A DNA stretch of 64,000 bases from Acinetobacter phage 133, in sequence record HM114315.1. One strand, given 5' to 3'. How positions within the stretch are numbered: the stretch's first letter is position 1; every line of letters begins with the position of its first letter. The position numbers and the translations under genes are program-made. The notes beneath the pieces were generated by a model. It worked only from the letters and a program-made list of their open reading frames with translations, was not told the origin of the DNA and searched no databases. Positions 18,555-28,061 of the stretch are shown here, piece by piece.

Positions 18555-20286
18555 TGATATTCGGGACAAAAATTTGTCCAACCTTGCGTCGTTCCGCGAC
18601 CGCAATGCAGATAGTAAGAAATCAGACCCTGAAACTAAACCAAAACCACCTTTAAATCTCAATGATCCTGATATTAAGGGTCTACCTGGTATAGAAGATG
18701 TTCGCAAACCAAAACGTAAGCGTCGTACTAAGGAGGAAATTAAAGCCTGGCGTGCATCGTTGAAACCTGAGCCTATACAGGACGGAGAACTGCAGCAGGA
18801 AGCGGTTGAAGCCAATACGCACCTGGAACAGATCGAAAAAAGTACAACTGATTCCAATGCTACTTTGTCAAAGTTATCAAGTCAATTGGAATCTAAATTT
18901 AGTGGACAAGTACAGTCTCCGCAAGTGGTTGAACATAAAACAACCGAAGAAATTATTAAAGATTTCGCGGAGAAATCAAAATCTAAAACCGAATCGACTG
19001 AGCCTGCGATATTACCGGCTGTTCTTCCTGAGGCAACAAAGAAACCCAACCTAGGTGGCGCAACTACACCGAAAGAACAAAAGGCTAAATCTGACTCGAC
19101 CAAAGCCAGTCACCCGGCAATGAAAGTCTTTAACGTAGTTAAGTCTGGATTTAAATCAGTTAAAAGTGTGGGGGATAAGATTGCTGGATTTTTATTCAAG
19201 GGCGCATTAACTGCTGCGATCGAAGCTGCTAAGATGGCCGGGATTATTTTCCTTATTATTGCTGCCATTGACTTAGTACGGATTCATTTTAAGTATTGGA
19301 CTGAAAAATTTAGTGCTAAGTTTGATGCTGTAAAAGAAATTATAATGGGTTACTTTGACAGGTTTGGCAATTGGATGGAATCAATTATGCCTATGTTCTC
19401 TGGGCTATTTGATGCTATTGATTATATCAGAAATGTTTTTGCTAAAGGTGATTGGTCTGCATTAGCTGGTGCGATCGGCAACGTTATGAAAGAAGCGTTT
19501 AACTCTTTAGGAGCAATGATTCAGAACGGTATTGCCAAACTCGCATCTATATTATTACGTAAATTTGGTTTTAATGACACTGCAGACTCAATCGAAGCGA
19601 TTGGATTAGAGAATAAGCAGAACATGACTAATACTCCATTGACACCAGAAGAACAGAAGAAAGTGGCCAAGCAACAACAAAAGATGTTGGATAAAGATTA
19701 TACTCCAACACAAACAGGGATTACTGCATTTTTACCAGACAAATTCCGCAAGGCCATTGGTGCATTAAGTGATGGTGAATATGATCAGATACAAGCTGAG
19801 AAAAAGAATATGAGCCAACTTAAAGGATTAAATAAAGAGGATCAAACAAATACCATTGGCGCTATGAATGAAGCTCGTGCTGCCTTGAACCGTTATGAAA
19901 ATAAAGTAGAACGTTTGGATCCAAACGATCCAAATCAAGCAGCTAAGATCGACAATGCTTACAAAGAGGCTAAGACCGCAATTTCAGACCCTGATCTTAA
20001 GAATGTGCCTGATGTTAAGATAGAGCTTGAAAATCAACTTGGTAAGCTTCAAGCAAAAACAGGTCGAGCTGCCCCAAAACCAGCACCGGCTGCGAATAGT
20101 CCAGAAGCGGCGCAAGCCAATTCGATTGCTCGTAAAACTAATGAAGTCAAGGCCCCTGTTGCACAAGCAGCGAATAACACCAATGTTAATACTACAATGG
20201 TTAAGAACAACAAAAGTGTTCACGTACAGGCCCCTGTTACGAGCACTAATGCACCGGGTGTATTCCATGGTACAGGAGTTAATTAA
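18538..20286 (+). CDS. 29: Baseplate hub/tail tube length determinator gp29
   Basis: 582 aa versus 590 in T4. Position and low-complexity Lys/Ala-rich composition are typical of a tape-measure protein. Confidence 0.7.
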   Translation: MSSLRDDIRDKNLSNLASFRDRNADSKKSDPETKPKPPLNLNDPDIKGLPGIEDVRKPKRKRRTKEEIKAWRASLKPEPIQDGELQQEAVEANTHLEQIEKSTTDSNATLSKLSSQLESKFSGQVQSPQVVEHKTTEEIIKDFAEKSKSKTESTEPAILPAVLPEATKKPNLGGATTPKEQKAKSDSTKASHPAMKVFNVVKSGFKSVKSVGDKIAGFLFKGALTAAIEAAKMAGIIFLIIAAIDLVRIHFKYWTEKFSAKFDAVKEIIMGYFDRFGNWMESIMPMFSGLFDAIDYIRNVFAKGDWSALAGAIGNVMKEAFNSLGAMIQNGIAKLASILLRKFGFNDTADSIEAIGLENKQNMTNTPLTPEEQKKVAKQQQKMLDKDYTPTQTGITAFLPDKFRKAIGALSDGEYDQIQAEKKNMSQLKGLNKEDQTNTIGAMNEARAALNRYENKVERLDPNDPNQAAKIDNAYKEAKTAISDPDLKNVPDVKIELENQLGKLQAKTGRAAPKPAPAANSPEAAQANSIARKTNEVKAPVAQAANNTNVNTTMVKNNKSVHVQAPVTSTNAPGVFHGTGVN

Positions 20287-21356
20287 TGAAATACGAAGAA
20301 ATTGTAGATAGTATTAAAAAAGCCGGCACGGAAATTTCTGCCGGTTATACTAAGCAGGATACTACTCAACAAACTTTTAGTGCTCAATATCCAGCAGAAC
20401 GTTCTGCTGGTAACGACGCTACAAAAACGTCCAATGGCGATCTTTATCGCAATGGATTGCTTTTTACTGCTTATGATTACAAAGCACGGGCGACCCCAGA
20501 CATGACTCGTCAACGTCAAGGTGAATTAGATAAAGCCAGATCGTTATACACTCGCATTTCATCCGGTTTGGCTGATGCAGGTAAACGTTCTTCTACACAA
20601 GGCCAAGACAAGAAAATTGTCAAAGACCCGGTCGCAAATATTCTTTTGCCACGTTCCAAGTCGGATTCTGATGTGGTTTCTCATAAGTTCAATGATGTAC
20701 AGGATTCATTGATAACACGTGGCGGTGGTACGGCAACTGGCATTTTGTCCAATATTGCGTCAACTGCAGTCTTCGGCACCATTGAATCGGTAACCCAAGG
20801 ATGGATGGCCGATAAGGGAGAGCAGATCTTCAATGCGTCCCGCTCAATGTATAATGGCGCTGAAAATCGTTCTAAAGTGTATACATGGGAACTTACTCCT
20901 CGTACATTGGAAGACCTAGTTGAAATTATGAAGATCTACGAGATTTTCAATTACTATTCTTATGGTATGACGGGTACAAGTGCTTATGCAAAAGAATTAA
21001 AGGCTTATATTGATGATTGGTATAAAAAGACGTTCCTCAATAATTTAACTCCGGAAGGCTCGGATAAATCTGGCACCGCAATGGAATCTGTAACATCATT
21101 TTTAAGTAATGTAATTACGGTTTCCAATCCAACAATCTGGTTTGTGCGTAACTTTGGCAAATCTACAAAGTTTGATGGTCGACCTGATGTATTTGGACCC
21201 GCTCAGATTCAAAGTATCCGTTTTGATAAGGCGCCAGAAGGACATTTTAAAGGATTGGCTATTGCTCCCAACATGCCTTCGACATTTGTATTGGAAATCA
21301 CAATGCGTGAAGTTATTGCGTTGAGCCGAGGCTCAATTTATGGAGAGGAGCTATGA
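20286..21356 (+). CDS. 48: Baseplate tail tube cap gp48
   Basis: Position and size (356 aa versus 364 in T4), start coupled as TAATG. Confidence 0.7.
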   Translation: MKYEEIVDSIKKAGTEISAGYTKQDTTQQTFSAQYPAERSAGNDATKTSNGDLYRNGLLFTAYDYKARATPDMTRQRQGELDKARSLYTRISSGLADAGKRSSTQGQDKKIVKDPVANILLPRSKSDSDVVSHKFNDVQDSLITRGGGTATGILSNIASTAVFGTIESVTQGWMADKGEQIFNASRSMYNGAENRSKVYTWELTPRTLEDLVEIMKIYEIFNYYSYGMTGTSAYAKELKAYIDDWYKKTFLNNLTPEGSDKSGTAMESVTSFLSNVITVSNPTIWFVRNFGKSTKFDGRPDVFGPAQIQSIRFDKAPEGHFKGLAIAPNMPSTFVLEITMREVIALSRGSIYGEEL

Positions 21357-22183
21357 ACAAAGGAATTGAATCTTTTGCAAGCCAGGTACGTACAGATTTT
21401 CAGCGTACTAACCTTTTCAGTGTTATGTTTGCAACCACTCCATTGAGTCGAGCCGATGAACTAATGCGTAAGTATAATGCTACTGAACCTGATGCAGTAT
21501 TGACTGGGGATTTTGGATGGACACGTGATAACTCACACCCATCCTTGCCGCGCATGCAAACAGACTCTAGTGTCCAAACTTCACTTAAATATATCATCGG
21601 CGCAATGACTGAACGTGTTATGCAAACTCTGGTCGGCCGATATACTGTCGGCAAGCACCTACTAGAGTTCTTTGGTATGAATAAGACCCAAGAATCTGGG
21701 TTAAGTGTATTCGCGGTTAAATTGCCTGAAAACCGCTTAGCTCATGAGATGGATTTGACACATAACGCCCCAAACATTAAGGTGACGGGCCGTGAGTTTG
21801 ATACACTAGTCGTATCATTCCGTATGGCCCATGACGGGCTTAATTTCATTGCGATGCATGATTGGGTTAATGCGGTGGAAGATCCCGTTACGGGCCTTAA
21901 AGCGCTCCCTATTGATGTGGAGTCCGATATCCAAGTTAACTTACATGGACGTGATGGATTACCTCATACAGTCGCAATGATTGGAGGATGCATTCCGGTA
22001 TCAGTATCTGCCCCAGAATTGTCTTATGAGTCTGACAATACTTTCTCTACATTTGATGTTACGTTCGCTTATCGGACCATGCAAATGTCAAAAGTAAGTC
22101 GAGCTGAAGCCATGAATTGGATTAGTGGTGGAATCAACCCAAATGAGCAGCCTATTAATTTAGGTAGTGCCCCAAGAATATAG
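21353..22183 (+). CDS. 54: Baseplate tail tube initiator gp54
   Basis: Position. N-terminus resembles gp19 (RTNLFSV), consistent with the tube-like fold of gp54. Confidence 0.7.
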   Translation: MNKGIESFASQVRTDFQRTNLFSVMFATTPLSRADELMRKYNATEPDAVLTGDFGWTRDNSHPSLPRMQTDSSVQTSLKYIIGAMTERVMQTLVGRYTVGKHLLEFFGMNKTQESGLSVFAVKLPENRLAHEMDLTHNAPNIKVTGREFDTLVVSFRMAHDGLNFIAMHDWVNAVEDPVTGLKALPIDVESDIQVNLHGRDGLPHTVAMIGGCIPVSVSAPELSYESDNTFSTFDVTFAYRTMQMSKVSRAEAMNWISGGINPNEQPINLGSAPRI

Positions 22184-22200
22184 GACTCTTCGGAGTCTTT
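22183..22200 (+). terminator. Terminator after gene 54
   Basis: Hairpin GGACTCTTCGGAGTC followed by TTTTCT. Confidence 0.55.
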
Positions 22201-22202
22201 TC

Positions 22203-22210
22203 TATAAATA
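22203..22210 (+). promoter_or_regulatory. Late promoter TATAAATA for alt
   Basis: Exact TATAAATA 18 nt upstream of the ATG. Confidence 0.7.
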
Positions 22211-22227
22211 TAGGAAAGGAGAATTTT

Positions 22228-24180
22228 ATGTTAGATCAATTAAACGAAGTGTTTGACTCAGATCAAATTTACCCAGTTACAAACTTAACACCTAAAGCAA
22301 AGGTTCCGCAAATCCTGCATGTACAGGCCCCAGGGACTAATGATATTGTGGTCCGTCTAACGAGTTCGGATACAATTGGAACTCGTGTAAAGGCGGTTAA
22401 ACCAGGTGATAAAGCAGTTCAAGTATTTTTAACTAGTATGTCTGCGAAAGGTAATATCACTGATTTCAAGGGCGGACTTGGATCGGATCCAATTGGCGCT
22501 ATCAATACAATCTTTGATACAGTAGTTACTGTATGTAAAGAGTATCGAATTGAGTCAATTCTTTTCCGTTTCCCAAAGTCAAAGCTTAAGGGCAAGGATC
22601 AAGTTGCGCAGCGGATTATCCAACGTTTGACAAAGACCCGTTCGGGCGGTCGGTACACCACTTTAAACGAACTTGAAGGTTTGTCTAAGAAGTTTTCATT
22701 TGCTTTATTATACCGCAAAGGCAAGGTTCTATCTGATATCCCAGGCATTCCAAATATTGATCCTGAAAAGTTTGAAAAAGTAGATACCAAAGTAGGTGAG
22801 ACATTTATTAATAAAGAGAACGGGCAATCAGTAACTAAATCTGAAGTGATCGCTCAAACTATTGTAGACGCCGCAGAGAAAAACACTACTCAACAGGCCG
22901 TTGCGATTACAAAGGTATCTCGTCGTGCGATCACCGCTGCACTATATGCAAATATGTCAGACACTGTAATATCAGCGGAAAACCGCGACCACTTTATGGA
23001 AAATAACAACTCTGTCCATATTGCGGATGCTTCTGTACCTGTGACTAAAATGTCGCAAGTTCTTACTGCAGAAGGCAATCAACCTGCAGCAGTCTGGGCT
23101 AAACACGGTGCTACGGCTGCAAGTAGTTTAGAAAAAACATTATCTGGATATTTGGCACCTAATGAAGCGCAATCAGTTCTTGGTGATATTGAATCGGCAT
23201 GGAATCGCGCTAAAACCGATAATTTACAAGATTTTTACATTGATCTGGCAAATATCTTAGCCTCTGGTGCGTTACGAAATAAATCCAAGTTTGATCGCCG
23301 AATGATTGGAGATAGTATCTTAATGGGTATGGCTCCACTAATTCGTGATATTGAACAGACTGTTGCGGCTACGCCTCCTGAATGGTCTGCTATGACAGAG
23401 CCGGAAAGGGATGCTATTAGAGAATATACAGGTAGTGAGTATGACAGAATCAATCCAATGTTAATGGGTACTCGTAAACGGGCAGAATCTATTGTTGAAT
23501 TAGTTGAAAACCTGGACTCGGCGTTTAGTAAAGGAGTTCGATTAAAGAAAGGAACTTTACTGTTTCGTGGAATGGGTGTGTCAAAGGGACAATTTACGGA
23601 TATTGTTCGCGAGGGGTATTATTACTTCCACAATTTTGTCTCCACCTCATTATTGCCTAACATCTATAACGGTTATCAAGATAATCTTGACGTTCTTAAT
23701 CCAAATGCGGAAGACATAACAGGCCGTGATGAACCGGATAGCTCCAATTTGTATACCGGCACGAGTTCTCCTTCTACCAATACAAAGGTCGGTATCATTA
23801 TATCCGGCACTGATAAGGTAAAGGTAATTATTCCCGGTAGTGAGTCGGAATTTCCACATGAGGCTGAAGTTATTTTACCTCGTGGCTTATTGTTCAAAGT
23901 CACTAAAGCCATGGCTGAAACTGAGGCCGATGATACACATGGGGTACAACAAAGAGCTCTATTATATTTGGACCTAGTTAACCCTAACCAATTGGATGAG
24001 TCCAGTGAAGTGTTTAACGGTGATCTGATGCTACAAGAAGGTAAAATTGAGAAAATCAATCCACGATTCTCATTTAGTGCACTGCATCAACTGTCAGAAT
24101 CCCAATTGGTGGATACCACCGCCGAGGATACACTCGTTTCATTAGTCGGGTTTGGGAATCTATCCAAAAAATTCCAATAA
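22228..24180 (+). CDS. alt: Alt-like packaged ADP-ribosyltransferase
   Basis: N-terminus aligns with T4 Alt and includes an LNE cleavage site (MLDQLNE|VFDSDQIYPVTNLTPKAKVPQIL). C-terminal ART triad: FRG, STS, EAEV. Confidence 0.75.
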   Translation: MLDQLNEVFDSDQIYPVTNLTPKAKVPQILHVQAPGTNDIVVRLTSSDTIGTRVKAVKPGDKAVQVFLTSMSAKGNITDFKGGLGSDPIGAINTIFDTVVTVCKEYRIESILFRFPKSKLKGKDQVAQRIIQRLTKTRSGGRYTTLNELEGLSKKFSFALLYRKGKVLSDIPGIPNIDPEKFEKVDTKVGETFINKENGQSVTKSEVIAQTIVDAAEKNTTQQAVAITKVSRRAITAALYANMSDTVISAENRDHFMENNNSVHIADASVPVTKMSQVLTAEGNQPAAVWAKHGATAASSLEKTLSGYLAPNEAQSVLGDIESAWNRAKTDNLQDFYIDLANILASGALRNKSKFDRRMIGDSILMGMAPLIRDIEQTVAATPPEWSAMTEPERDAIREYTGSEYDRINPMLMGTRKRAESIVELVENLDSAFSKGVRLKKGTLLFRGMGVSKGQFTDIVREGYYYFHNFVSTSLLPNIYNGYQDNLDVLNPNAEDITGRDEPDSSNLYTGTSSPSTNTKVGIIISGTDKVKVIIPGSESEFPHEAEVILPRGLLFKVTKAMAETEADDTHGVQQRALLYLDLVNPNQLDESSEVFNGDLMLQEGKIEKINPRFSFSALHQLSESQLVDTTAEDTLVSLVGFGNLSKKFQ

Positions 24181-24210
24181 AAAAAAGGGAGCATAAGCTC
24201 CCTTTTCTTT
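24181..24210. terminator. Bidirectional terminator between alt (+) and gene 30 (-)
   Basis: A-run, GGGAGC-ATAA-GCTCCC, TTTTCTTT. Confidence 0.7.
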
Positions 24211-25675
24211 ATTTTACACCAGTTTTATCAAAAGAATACCCAAAGATTTCCTCGAATGTTTGTGGTTCAGATTTGTCAATACGAATCTTTTTAATGATCG
24301 GTAAAAATAAACCGACTGTACCGTCTTTACGCTGTTTTGACTTGAGCCAGCCATTACATTGGCATTCGACAATCATACCAATGAGCGCATCGCCTTTTGT
24401 CATTAACAATTCGCGGTCTAACTCATCACGCTCACTCAATGGAATAGGTTGCCATTCATCATTGTCATCTTTGCGTTGAGTTGTATCGGTTAGACCTGAA
24501 CCACCATTGACAGTAATTTTGCCGCATTTTGAGCGGAACTCAAAGCCCCCAATTTTATTTGGATCTTTCGAGTGTGGGTAATATCCAACTATTTCCAGAT
24601 CGGCATCAATAATCTCCTTAAACTTAATTTGATTTTTTGAACGTTTATTTTCCCAAAGCATTTTAATGTTTTTGAGGATAATACCTTCAAGACCTTGATC
24701 AACATAGTTTTGATACACCAGACGTGCTTCTTCTAAGCTATTAACGATAGTGTTTTCAATGACAATAATTTTAGAATGATTCGTGTCAAACATCCAAGTC
24801 AATTGATGAAAACGTTCATTGTACGGGTCTGATTTCAAGGTTCCTTCACTATACACAACATCAAGTGGAATCATATCCCATACTTGATATGACATGCGTT
24901 CAGCTTCTTCTGGAATGATTGTGCCTTTGAGGGATTTATTTGCAATGCCATTTGATTCCGATCGAACGGAAACTGATTCAGGTTCTTCACCTAAAAGGAA
25001 TCCGATTCCATCAGTAGGCGCCGCCATACAAACCAACTCCCCATCAATATAGATTCCGCCTGGGTGTTTCAATAATTCTTCAGCGGCTGCATCAATTAAT
25101 TGGCGTTTAAGTGAGTCTAACCCTTGATATTCATTACCAGCGCGAGATACCAATTTGACATCAGATACATCAGTACCACGAATTTCAGCAAAGCAGCGTG
25201 CACCATCAGCCTTTAATTGTGCATAGGCGGGGAAAGTAATTGATTTAATTGTCTTTTCTGAATATGGGCTTGCCAACATTTGTGGCTGTTCTGGAACTAA
25301 ACCTTTCCATACTTTATTGGCCATTGTACGAGATGCGCCGCATTCTAAGTCACGTAGTAATACACGACGGAGCACTTCACGAGAGTCTTCAGACATACAG
25401 GCCATAATTTCTTGCAGTCGTTCGATTGCAGCATTGCCAGTTACTTGTCGTTCAGCCAAATCATATTCAAGAAAATTTAGCCCTTCTTCAAGAGTCACAG
25501 ATTCAATGCGAGGCTCCACAATAGGAATCTTTTTAATTCCATACTGTAAACGGCGAGAATACGTAAGGTGATAAATGCGCTTGAGCAATTCATTACCAGC
25601 GTTGGCTTTCAATAAAGCTAACTTTGCATTTGTGGAATCTGTGATTTCAATTTGATTTAGAATCTGTAGATACAT
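24209..25675 (-). CDS. 30: ATP-dependent DNA ligase gp30
   Basis: Ligase motif I KADGAR; 488 aa versus 487 in T4; overall T4 gp30-like. Confidence 0.9.
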   Translation of the reverse strand: MYLQILNQIEITDSTNAKLALLKANAGNELLKRIYHLTYSRRLQYGIKKIPIVEPRIESVTLEEGLNFLEYDLAERQVTGNAAIERLQEIMACMSEDSREVLRRVLLRDLECGASRTMANKVWKGLVPEQPQMLASPYSEKTIKSITFPAYAQLKADGARCFAEIRGTDVSDVKLVSRAGNEYQGLDSLKRQLIDAAAEELLKHPGGIYIDGELVCMAAPTDGIGFLLGEEPESVSVRSESNGIANKSLKGTIIPEEAERMSYQVWDMIPLDVVYSEGTLKSDPYNERFHQLTWMFDTNHSKIIVIENTIVNSLEEARLVYQNYVDQGLEGIILKNIKMLWENKRSKNQIKFKEIIDADLEIVGYYPHSKDPNKIGGFEFRSKCGKITVNGGSGLTDTTQRKDDNDEWQPIPLSERDELDRELLMTKGDALIGMIVECQCNGWLKSKQRKDGTVGLFLPIIKKIRIDKSEPQTFEEIFGYSFDKTGVK

Positions 25676-25737
25676 TAAATAACGCCATCCATTTTAAGTT
25701 GTGATTCATTATAACCTGGGGTTGAAAATAAGTACAA

Positions 25738-26334
25738 TTATTTTTCATATTTAATCAAAGTTTTTAAATCCTGCAATTTAATGTGATGACATTTGGGAGT
25801 AGCTCGTTCACCTCGGACCATATGATATCGCGGGACTTCTGGAATAACCCGGGCTGCGGATTCCAGGTTTTCGGCCAAGTCATCGATAAACATGATAATA
25901 TCAGGGTACTTATCTTTAGCCCGACTTAAGATTTCATCTTTACTTTCACCTGCACCGCATACAAAAATATCTTTAAACGCACCAGGAAACAATGAGTTCA
26001 AATTGAATACTCGATTCATCACGGTTTCTTTATCCGTGCCTAGAGCGGTCACAGCTACGAAATTCCATTTGCGTTTCATAGTGTTAACAAATTCCAAAGC
26101 ATCCGAATACGGCGCCAAGTATTTGATAAACTTGGATTTATTGTATTCTTTGAGATACAACATTGACAATTCGTTGTCCATTCCAAAAAGCTCTTCAGCA
26201 GAGACAAATTTTTCATTTAGCAATGACGCCAAGGCAGGTCCAGTAGGTAAACTATGTTTAGCCATGAAATACGGGAGGCCTGATTGCCATTGCACGCATA
26301 CACCATCAATATCAATTAAAACAGTAGGATTCAT
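25738..26334 (-). CDS. HAD-superfamily phosphatase / 5-prime(3-prime)-deoxyribonucleotidase-like
   Basis: N-terminal DxDG motif (LIDIDGV) typical of HAD hydrolases. ATG start at 26334; the track's upstream start is TTG. Confidence 0.55.
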   Translation of the reverse strand: MNPTVLIDIDGVCVQWQSGLPYFMAKHSLPTGPALASLLNEKFVSAEELFGMDNELSMLYLKEYNKSKFIKYLAPYSDALEFVNTMKRKWNFVAVTALGTDKETVMNRVFNLNSLFPGAFKDIFVCGAGESKDEILSRAKDKYPDIIMFIDDLAENLESAARVIPEVPRYHMVRGERATPKCHHIKLQDLKTLIKYEK

Positions 26335-26446
26335 ATCTCTCAACCAATAGGACCAGTATATTTAATTTTGCATACAGTAATGTGGCTATAATTCAGTTCA
26401 TTGCGAAGCTTGGCTAGCAACTCGACTAGCTGTTGATGTTGGCTTT

Positions 26447-26923
26447 TCATAGAAGTGGACTCTTTTTGAAAATAAATTCACTTGTTGGGCGCAGACGTTC
26501 AAGTAGTCCAATAAACTCACTATTTGTTAGGATAGTTTCAGACGGATCATCTTTTCCAATTGAATGAATTAACTTCATTTCACGTGTATTGTAAATTGCT
26601 CGTTGAAAACTTTCATTTTGTGCAAAGCATGACGTAAATGCGCGTTCGAGCAATTTTTTATACCACACACTGTGCCGATTAAATGGCTCACCCATATAGT
26701 ATAATGTGTCATTTTTAATTTGGCGCGCTTTACCTGCCATCTTGGCTTCAACTCCACACATCATGGCAATCTTTACAGATTCGCATTCATATTGATAGCG
26801 TAAGCTCTGCAAGAAGCCCTCTAAGGAACCGTAGAACACACCTTCCATAAGGAACGGCTTCATATAAAGGTTTGACAAAATACCTGCATCACCAGGCATT
26901 GAACTATGAATATCTAATTCCAT
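26447..26923 (-). CDS. NADAR (YbiA-like, DUF1768) domain protein
   Basis: Pattern SNLY...F.MEGVFYGSLEGFLQSLRY parallels YbiA FSNF...DG..W.TSEHYFQAQKF. Start at the ATG with GGAGAA RBS (26923). Confidence 0.5.
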   Translation of the reverse strand: MELDIHSSMPGDAGILSNLYMKPFLMEGVFYGSLEGFLQSLRYQYECESVKIAMMCGVEAKMAGKARQIKNDTLYYMGEPFNRHSVWYKKLLERAFTSCFAQNESFQRAIYNTREMKLIHSIGKDDPSETILTNSEFIGLLERLRPTSEFIFKKSPLL

Positions 26924-26983
26924 AGCGTTCTCCGATTGAATTCCTTTATTATACACATTTTATGATGAACGTACACTAATAAT

Positions 26984-27004
26984 GAAAAAACCTCCCGAAG
27001 GAGG
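26984..27004 (-). terminator. Terminator (UUCG tetraloop on the minus strand) after the IP-like cluster
   Basis: CCTCCCGAAGGAGG preceded by an A-run. On the minus strand this reads stem, UUCG loop, U-run. Confidence 0.6.
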
Positions 27005-27011
27005 TTTAATT

Positions 27012-27416
27012 TTAGTTCACCATATTATATTCATGGAAAGAGTTCTTTGCATTAACGCTGTGGATTTTAGTTAGAGCATCAAACATCAATGAATCAGACG
27101 GCGCTTTAATTAAATGCCCAACCTCTTTTTTCCATTTTGGAGGGAATTTTTTATACTGTCGCAAATCGCTGATGCTTAAGCGACCGACAACATTACCTTC
27201 TTTGTCTTTGATAGTTGCATCCACTATAAATTTTGAAAATGAAATTTTAATTCGAATTTCAGCGTCTACTTTTTCATTTGTGCCAATAAGAGTAGCATAA
27301 TCAGTTTCTTTGAATGACTGAATTTTCCACTCACCGGTTTTGGATTTTACTCGAGTTGAGGCAGTTTCAGTTAATGAGTAACCCACTTCTTGGCTTATTT
27401 GTGTAAATGTTTTCAT
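27012..27416 (-). CDS. Internal-protein-like small protein A; N-terminus MKTFTQISQEV resembles the T4 IP capsid-targeting sequence
   Basis: RBS AAGGAA. Shares N-terminal MKTFTQI with neighbour B, and a C-terminal DAL..NAK..F.H motif with B. Confidence 0.5.
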   Translation of the reverse strand: MKTFTQISQEVGYSLTETASTRVKSKTGEWKIQSFKETDYATLIGTNEKVDAEIRIKISFSKFIVDATIKDKEGNVVGRLSISDLRQYKKFPPKWKKEVGHLIKAPSDSLMFDALTKIHSVNAKNSFHEYNMVN

Positions 27417-27426
27417 TTTGTTTTCC

Positions 27427-27744
27427 TTAGTATGGCACAAACCAGTTTTCATTTGATGCAATTTCTACACCATGCGCATGGCTGAAATATCCCTTAGATT
27501 TAGCGTTTAGAGCATCCGTGCGCCATGACTTAAATGTTTTGTAACCCTTAACTTCAATTGAAGCGTATTGTGACTTTTCATACGGGTCAGATTCAATTTG
27601 TTTTTTAAGCCGAGCAAACTGTGCTGATGTAAATGATTCATCGCGCATTTGGACTTCAGTCTTGCCGTCTTTGCCTTTACGTTGAATTAACACATACACT
27701 TTACCTGAATTTACTTCTTCATGGATTTGGGTAAAAGTTTTCAT
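27427..27744 (-). CDS. Internal-protein-like small protein B (MKTFTQIHEEV)
   Basis: Tandem paralogue of A; an I-H-E site follows the conserved N-terminus. Confidence 0.5.
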   Translation of the reverse strand: MKTFTQIHEEVNSGKVYVLIQRKGKDGKTEVQMRDESFTSAQFARLKKQIESDPYEKSQYASIEVKGYKTFKSWRTDALNAKSKGYFSHAHGVEIASNENWFVPY

Positions 27745-28061
27745 TTTGTTTCCTTGATAAGTGGCCCGGCATTAGCTGGGAGATGTAATGAGTTCCAACG
27801 ACCTTCTTTCATCTCTACAGATTCAATATGCAGTTCGTTTTCTTCAATATGTGAGTATTGTAATATGTTTTTATTTACTTGTAAAATTTTAGAGCCCTTA
27901 AGTGGTTGTCCATTGAACAATTGGATTTCGTCACCCACTGATTTATCTTTATTAAGATCAAAAAATTTCTGGTCTTTCGGACCTAATTTACGAGGCGTAC
28001 TTTTATACTCTTTATACCCAGCATGCTGAGCGTCTTCGTGTAGTTCACGGAATGTCTTCAT
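27741..28061 (-). CDS. Internal-protein-like small protein C (MKTFRELHEDA)
   Basis: Third tandem gene with the same N-terminal motif; ATGA coupling. Confidence 0.45.
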   Translation of the reverse strand: MKTFRELHEDAQHAGYKEYKSTPRKLGPKDQKFFDLNKDKSVGDEIQLFNGQPLKGSKILQVNKNILQYSHIEENELHIESVEMKEGRWNSLHLPANAGPLIKETK

